The notes below the pieces were generated by a model. It had not been told where the DNA came from. It did no database searches and worked only from the letters and a program-made list of their open reading frames with translations. A DNA stretch of 64,000 nt. Source: Spirochaetia bacterium (GTDB lineage: Bacteria > Spirochaetota > Spirochaetia > SZUA-6 > Bin103). A program made the translations under genes and the position numbers. This document shows, in pieces, positions 58,734 through 64,000 of this stretch. The stretch covers positions 2,208,001 to 2,272,000 of the forward strand of contig CBDBDQ010000005.1 in NCBI GenBank assembly GCA_965203905.1. The letters run 5' to 3'. The first letter of the stretch is position 1. Each line of letters begins with the position of its first letter.

Positions 58734-59450
58734 ATGGCGATCGTGCAGCTCACCGACGTGACCAAGGACTACCCGCTCGGCAACGTCACGGTGCGGGCGG
58801 TGCGCGGCGTCTCGTTGTCGATCGAACGCGGCGGGTTCATCTCCATCGCCGGGCCGTCCGGTTCCGGCAAGACCACGATCCTCAACCTGATCGGCTGTAT
58901 CGACACGCCGACCGCCGGCACGGTGACGGTCAACGGCCAGGCCACCGTCGACCTCAAGGACCGCGCTCTGACCAACCTGCGTCATGCCCACATCGGCTTC
59001 ATCTTCCAGTCGTTCAACCTGGTGCCGGTGCTCAACGTCTACGAGAACGTCGAGTTCCCGCTGCTGCTGGGCAAGACCGACCTGGACAAGGGCGAAAAGC
59101 GGCGCCGCGTGGAGGAACTGGTAGAGCAGGTCGGGCTGTCCGAGCAGATCGGCCAACGCCCCAACGAGCTGTCCGGCGGCCAGCGGCAGCGCGTGGCCAT
59201 CGCCCGCGCCCTGGTGACCCACCCGGCCATCGTGCTGGCCGACGAGCCCACCGCCAACCTCGACTCCAAGACCGGTGAGCAGATCATCGAGCTGATGAAG
59301 CGGATCAACTCGGAACGGGACTCCACCTTCATCTTCTCCACCCACGACCCGGACATCGTCGCCATCGCCGACCACGTGGTCCACCTGCACGACGGGCTGG
59401 TCGCGTCCGAGCAGCGCCGCGCTTCACAGCCGGCTGTCCCCGACGGCTAG
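58734..59450 (+). CDS. ABC ATP-binding protein (LolD/MacB-like)
   Basis: GPSGSGKT, LSGGQRQR and ADEPTANLD. Confidence 0.93.
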   Translation: MAIVQLTDVTKDYPLGNVTVRAVRGVSLSIERGGFISIAGPSGSGKTTILNLIGCIDTPTAGTVTVNGQATVDLKDRALTNLRHAHIGFIFQSFNLVPVLNVYENVEFPLLLGKTDLDKGEKRRRVEELVEQVGLSEQIGQRPNELSGGQRQRVAIARALVTHPAIVLADEPTANLDSKTGEQIIELMKRINSERDSTFIFSTHDPDIVAIADHVVHLHDGLVASEQRRASQPAVPDG

Positions 59451-59459
59451 GTTTCCCCG

Positions 59460-60983
59460 GTGCCGGTCATCCTGCGTATCGCGCTGCGCAACCTGCGTGA
59501 GCATCGCGCCAAGACCCTGATCATCGGCATCATCATCGCGGTCGGGATCGCGGTGCTGGTGGCCGGCAACTCGCTGGCCGAGACCGCCACCCGCGGCTTG
59601 CGCCGCTCCTTCATCGACAACTACACCGGCCACGTGATGATCCGCGGGCAGACCGCCCAGGATCTTTCCCTGTTCGGGTTCGGTGCCGGGTCCGGCAATG
59701 AAGAGATCCCGCGCATCGGCAGTTACCCGGAGGTGTTCGCCCACGTGAGCGCGCTGCCGGAGGTCGCCGCCGTGAGTCCGCAGCTCACCACCTTCGCCAT
59801 TGCCCACGCCGACGAGGAGCAGAACGAGGAGTTCTTCCTCACGCTGTTCGGGGTCGACGCCGCCAGCTACGGCGCGATGTTCCCCGACAGCGCCGCGATC
59901 GTCGCCGGCCGGCCGCTGGCGCCGGGGCAAGCGGGAATCATGTTGTCGGCCAGCCAGGCAGAAGAGATGGAGGAGCAGCTCGGGGTCGAGTTGCAGCCGG
60001 GCGATCCGCTGTTGCTCACCGCCATCGGCGGCAGCGGACTGCGCATCCGGGAGCTGACCATCAGCGCCATCTTCCGCTTCCAGCAGGAGATGCAGGGGCT
60101 CAATCAGGTCGCGATCGTGGACGCCCAGTCGCTGCGCGCGCTGGCCGGGCTGGTGGTCAGCACCGGCCAGATCGAGCTGTCCGCGCAGGAGACCGAGATC
60201 CTGGATGCCGGCGACCTGGAGGCGCTGTTCGCGGACGGCGAGGAGATGGTGGTGGAGACTCAAGGCGCGGTGGACAGTGCGGCGGCCGGCGCAACGACCG
60301 CGGCTCCCGCGGCGGTGCTCAGCGAAGAGCGCGTGCTGGCGGTCCTCGGCGACCGCGAACGTGCGCCGCCGGTGGTGGACGCCGGCGCCTGGCACTTCCT
60401 GCTGCTCAAGCTGGCGCCGGGGGCGGGTTCGGAGCAGGCCCGGACGCAACGGCTGATCGACGGGCTGAACGGCTATTTCGAAGCCCGCGACATCGCCGCG
60501 CAGGCGGTGGACTGGCGCGCCGCGGCCGGCTGGTTCAGCCGCCTGGCGACGGTGATGCAGATGGTCTTCAATGGCACCGTGGTGGTGATCGCCGCGGTCG
60601 CGGTGATCATCATCATGAACACGCTGGTGATCTCCGTGATCGAACGCACCTCCGAGATTGGCACCATGCGCGCCCTCGGCGCCCACAAGCGGTTCGTGCG
60701 GCGCATGTTCGTGGTCGAGACGCTGAGCATCTCCTGGCTGTTCGGGATTGCCGGCATCGTGCTGGGAGCGGCGCTCGTGGCGATCCTGGGGTGGACCGGC
60801 ATCCGCGCCGGCAGCGAATTTCTGAAGATCCTGTTCGGCGGCGAGGTGCTGGAGCCGGCGCTGTCGCCGTTCTCGGTGGTGCTCTCGCTGGTGATCATGA
60901 CGGCGATCGGCCTGCTGGCCAGCATCTACCCGGTGATGGTGGCGCTGCGCGTGCAGCCGGTGCGCGCGATGCAGCCGGAGTAG
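59460..60983 (+). CDS. FtsX-like ABC permease
   Basis: IALRNL and ERTSEIGTMRALG. Confidence 0.9.
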   Translation: MPVILRIALRNLREHRAKTLIIGIIIAVGIAVLVAGNSLAETATRGLRRSFIDNYTGHVMIRGQTAQDLSLFGFGAGSGNEEIPRIGSYPEVFAHVSALPEVAAVSPQLTTFAIAHADEEQNEEFFLTLFGVDAASYGAMFPDSAAIVAGRPLAPGQAGIMLSASQAEEMEEQLGVELQPGDPLLLTAIGGSGLRIRELTISAIFRFQQEMQGLNQVAIVDAQSLRALAGLVVSTGQIELSAQETEILDAGDLEALFADGEEMVVETQGAVDSAAAGATTAAPAAVLSEERVLAVLGDRERAPPVVDAGAWHFLLLKLAPGAGSEQARTQRLIDGLNGYFEARDIAAQAVDWRAAAGWFSRLATVMQMVFNGTVVVIAAVAVIIIMNTLVISVIERTSEIGTMRALGAHKRFVRRMFVVETLSISWLFGIAGIVLGAALVAILGWTGIRAGSEFLKILFGGEVLEPALSPFSVVLSLVIMTAIGLLASIYPVMVALRVQPVRAMQPE

Positions 60984-60995
60984 GGGAACGGCATC

Positions 60996-62300
60996 GTGAC
61001 CGTGCTGCGCATCGCCGCGCGCAACCTGAACCGGCAGAAGAAACGCAGCTTCCTGCTCGCCGGCGCCATCGCCCTCGGGGTGCTGGTGATCACCCTGGTG
61101 AACGGCTTCGCCGGCGGTTTCGTGGCCAACATCCGCGGCAACATATCGCACCTGTTCGCCGGCCACCTGTTCATTCAGGGTTACGAGAAGAGCGCCAGCG
61201 GCCGGCTGGTGGAGCTGGTGCGCGACGACCGCGCGTTGCAGCGCATCCTCGCCGCGGCCGAGCTGCCGGCGCTGTCGGTCACCCGCCGTTCCGAGCTGGA
61301 CGCGGCGCTGATCTTCGCCGGGGAGAGCGTGCGCCAGCAGGTGGTGGGGGTGGACTGGGAGGCGGCCGAATTCCTGCGCCGGCGGCTGGTGCTGCGCGCC
61401 GGCTCGGTGGAGCAGTTGCTGGCCCACCGCAACGCGGTGGTGCTCAACGAAAACGTGGCGGCGCAACTGGACGTGGCGGTGGGCGACACCCTGCTGGTGC
61501 AGTCACAGACCGCCACCGGACAGCAGAACGTGGGCGAGTTCCTGCTGGCGGCCACGACGGTCGATGCCGGCGTATTCAGCGGCATTTCCGCCTACGCGCA
61601 CCGCTCCTACATCAACGAGCTGCTCGACATCGCCCCGGACGCCTACCTGACGCTGGGCATTCTGCTGGACGACATGGATGCGATCGACGCCGAGGCGGAG
61701 CGCCTGTACGCAGCGCTGGCGGCGGAGCTGGACCTGGTGCCGCGCTTCTCCGGCCAGGAAGGGTACCGTGAGGTGCGCCGGGAGCTGCTGCAGGCGGAGT
61801 GGCAGGGCACCCGCTACCAGTTCTCCACCATCAACGACTTCGTCACCGGCATCGAAGACGTGGCGCGGACGGTGGTGATCACCGGCCTGGTGGTGGCGCT
61901 GATCCTGTTCCTTATCGTCGCCGTGGGCATCACCAACACCTTCCGCATGGTGGCCTACGAACGCACCCGCGAGATCGGCACCATGCGCGCGCTCGGTCTG
62001 CAGCGCGGCCAGACGCGGCGCCTGTTCCTGCTGGAGGCGGTGCTGCTGGCGCTGGTCGCCGCCGTGGCGGGACTGGCCCTGGCAGCGGTCGGCCGCACCA
62101 TCCTGCAGTCGATCGATTGGGGTCACGACTCGCTTTTCTTCATCTTCCTGGACGACGGCCACCTGTCGTTCCCGGTCGACCCGGTGTTCCTGGCCGGCTA
62201 CTTGGCGGCGGTGGTCGCCGTCACCCTGATCGCCGCCCTGTTCCCCGCCAACCGCGCCGCGCGCCAGGACCCGGCCAGCGCCCTGCGCAGCACCGCCTAG
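60996..62300 (+). CDS. FtsX-like ABC permease
   Basis: IAARNL, ERTREIGTMRALG and DPASALR. Confidence 0.9.
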   Translation: MTVLRIAARNLNRQKKRSFLLAGAIALGVLVITLVNGFAGGFVANIRGNISHLFAGHLFIQGYEKSASGRLVELVRDDRALQRILAAAELPALSVTRRSELDAALIFAGESVRQQVVGVDWEAAEFLRRRLVLRAGSVEQLLAHRNAVVLNENVAAQLDVAVGDTLLVQSQTATGQQNVGEFLLAATTVDAGVFSGISAYAHRSYINELLDIAPDAYLTLGILLDDMDAIDAEAERLYAALAAELDLVPRFSGQEGYREVRRELLQAEWQGTRYQFSTINDFVTGIEDVARTVVITGLVVALILFLIVAVGITNTFRMVAYERTREIGTMRALGLQRGQTRRLFLLEAVLLALVAAVAGLALAAVGRTILQSIDWGHDSLFFIFLDDGHLSFPVDPVFLAGYLAAVVAVTLIAALFPANRAARQDPASALRSTA

Positions 62301-62459
62301 CGAACCTCGGATTGCGCTCCGCGACGGGGGTAGTGCTGGCCGCTCATGGTTGCCGCCCGGTACATTGGCGGAGGCCGGGATTCACCTGACGTGGCCGGCC
62401 CGGGTCCGCGGCGGCCACGCACCTGCGTCGCTGCCAGCCCACGTCCGAGGAGGATATTC

Positions 62460-63245
62460 ATGTTCCTGTCGGCACGGCACCTGAAAAGCATCCGTCCCCT
62501 GCCCGCGCTGGTGGCCGCACTGCTGCTGCTGGTGCCGGTGTTGGGGTCCGCGGCGGACGAGACCGATTACCTGGCGATACTGCGCGCCATCGATCGCTCG
62601 CGCAGCTTCGACACGACCGACTTCTCCGCGGTCTTCACGGTGGTGTCGGAGAAGCCGGACGAGGAAAACAGCGTGTTCAAGGCGCAGATGTTTCGCCGCG
62701 ACGCCGAGGACAAGTTCGTGATGGTGTTCCTGGAGCCGGACGTGCAGCGCGGCCAGGGCTATCTGCAGGTGGACGACAACCTGTGGTTCTACGATCCCGA
62801 CAGCCGCAAGTTCTCGCACTCGTCGATGCGCGAGAGCCTGCAGGATTCCGAGGCCAACAACAGCGACCTCAACGAGTCCTCCCTGGCGGACGACTACACC
62901 GTGGAGACGGCCTCCGAGGGGAGCCTCGGGCGCTACGACGTGTACATCCTGGAGCTGAGCGCCCGTCACGACGAGGTCGCCTTCCCGCAACTCAAGCTGT
63001 GGGTGCGGCGCGACAACGACCTGGTGCTCAAGGCCCAGAACTTCAGCCTGTCGGGGCGGCTGATGCGCAGCGACTACTTCCCCAAGTACGTGCGCGTGGA
63101 GGATCGCCTGCTGCCGTCGCAGATGCTGTTCGTGGATGAGCTGAAGGAGGGCGAGCGCACCCAGGTGACGATGGCCAACACCTCCCTGGCGCGGGTCCCG
63201 GACTCGGTGTTCAGCAAGAGCTACCTGGAACGGGTCAACCGTTGA
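62460..63245 (+). CDS. outer-membrane lipoprotein-sorting (LolA-like) protein
   Basis: GAGGAGG RBS, signal peptide, GQGYL..DDNLWFYDP and VPDSVFSKSYLE. Confidence 0.88.
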   Translation: MFLSARHLKSIRPLPALVAALLLLVPVLGSAADETDYLAILRAIDRSRSFDTTDFSAVFTVVSEKPDEENSVFKAQMFRRDAEDKFVMVFLEPDVQRGQGYLQVDDNLWFYDPDSRKFSHSSMRESLQDSEANNSDLNESSLADDYTVETASEGSLGRYDVYILELSARHDEVAFPQLKLWVRRDNDLVLKAQNFSLSGRLMRSDYFPKYVRVEDRLLPSQMLFVDELKEGERTQVTMANTSLARVPDSVFSKSYLERVNR

Positions 63246-64000
63246 CGCGGTGCTGCCGCCGCCTGGCGGCAACGGTGCTGGTGCTGGTCGCGGCGGCCGC
63301 GTGGGCGCAGAGTGGCACGGACGGCGCCGCCGCCCAGGGTGAGGGCGAGGATCTCGATGCCCTGTTCGATGCCGAGATGATCGAGGACGAGTCGGTCAAC
63401 GGCGACGGCGAAGCCGCGGCGTCCGGTGCCGGAAGCGGCGACCTGGATGCGCTGTTCGACGCCGAGGTGGTGGAGAACGCCGTAACCGCCAGTGACGCGG
63501 GTGCGGGCCGGGCGCCCGAGGAAGCGTTGCTGACGCGTGCCGGCGTCGACTGGGGCGGTTCGTTCCGCTACGCGCCGGAGGTCGAGCTCGGCTTTGCCGA
63601 TTACGACGCGCTGGCGGCGGCACTGCGCGGCGAGGGAGCGGCCGAGCGCACGCTGCGCCACGACCTGGGCGCGGAGTTGTACTTCGACGCGCGCCCGAGC
63701 AGCGACTTCCGCGCCTTCGGCAAGGCCAGGGTGGACTACAGGTTGCCCGCGACCGGCGCTGGCGGCGAGTTCACGTTCACCCTATTCGAGTTGTTCGCCG
63801 ACTTCCACTGGGACGACCGGGTGTTCTTCCGCGCCGGCAAGCAGCGCGCCGACTGGGGTGTGGGCCGGTTCTTCAGTCCCGCCGACCTGATGAGCCTGGT
63901 GACCATCGATCCGCTGGATCCGGAGGCGCAGCGCGAGGGTCCGGTAGCGCTGAAGGTGCATGCCCCGCTCGGGGTGCACAACGCCTACCTGTACGTCGTC
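63242..64000 (+). CDS. secreted / outer-membrane protein, 3'-partial (absent from the ORF track)
   Basis: The TTG start overlaps the upstream stop. It has a signal peptide ..AAAAWAQ, then LYFDARP, LFELFADF and RAGKQ..WGVG.FFSPAD, and is open to the window end. Confidence 0.8.
   Translation, partial: MTRCCRRLAATVLVLVAAAAWAQSGTDGAAAQGEGEDLDALFDAEMIEDESVNGDGEAAASGAGSGDLDALFDAEVVENAVTASDAGAGRAPEEALLTRAGVDWGGSFRYAPEVELGFADYDALAAALRGEGAAERTLRHDLGAELYFDARPSSDFRAFGKARVDYRLPATGAGGEFTFTLFELFADFHWDDRVFFRAGKQRADWGVGRFFSPADLMSLVTIDPLDPEAQREGPVALKVHAPLGVHNAYLYVV

Overview
This is a high-GC bacterial chromosomal segment with about 55 genes. I see no rRNA, tRNA, CRISPR array, transposase, integrase or reverse transcriptase. 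The backbone is housekeeping and catabolic: DNA polymerase II, trkA, an Fpg/Nei glycosylase, melA plus an FGGY kinase, several Gfo/Idh/MocA, Zn-ADH, SDR and TIM-barrel sugar enzymes, an arylsulfatase, a PhyH dioxygenase, two peptide-type ABC importers, a heterodimeric ABC exporter, SulP, TauE, and two envelope systems that each pair a LolA-like protein with a probable outer-membrane barrel (one with MMPL, one with ABC/FtsX). Between the backbone genes sit small, lower-GC toxin-antitoxin/defence cassettes, many broken: a truncated vapC, NYN, a YaaC fragment, hicAB, two decayed ATPase+DUF3226 modules, an orphan m4C/m6A methylase, a second NYN, a collapsed parDE and vapBC. The best candidate for an undescribed system is the pair of sequence-divergent NYN/LabA (PIN-fold RNase) genes at 2427 (+) and 21328 (-). 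Each is preceded by a sigma70-like promoter, a roughly 65-80 nt multi-hairpin RNA and an intrinsic terminator directly before the start codon. This is the layout of RNA-antitoxin (type III-like) toxin-antitoxin systems. The style of the signal peptides and the ABC-FtsX-LolA-like operon suggest a high-GC spirochaete, which is inference only. All family calls come from reading motifs by eye, not from database searches.
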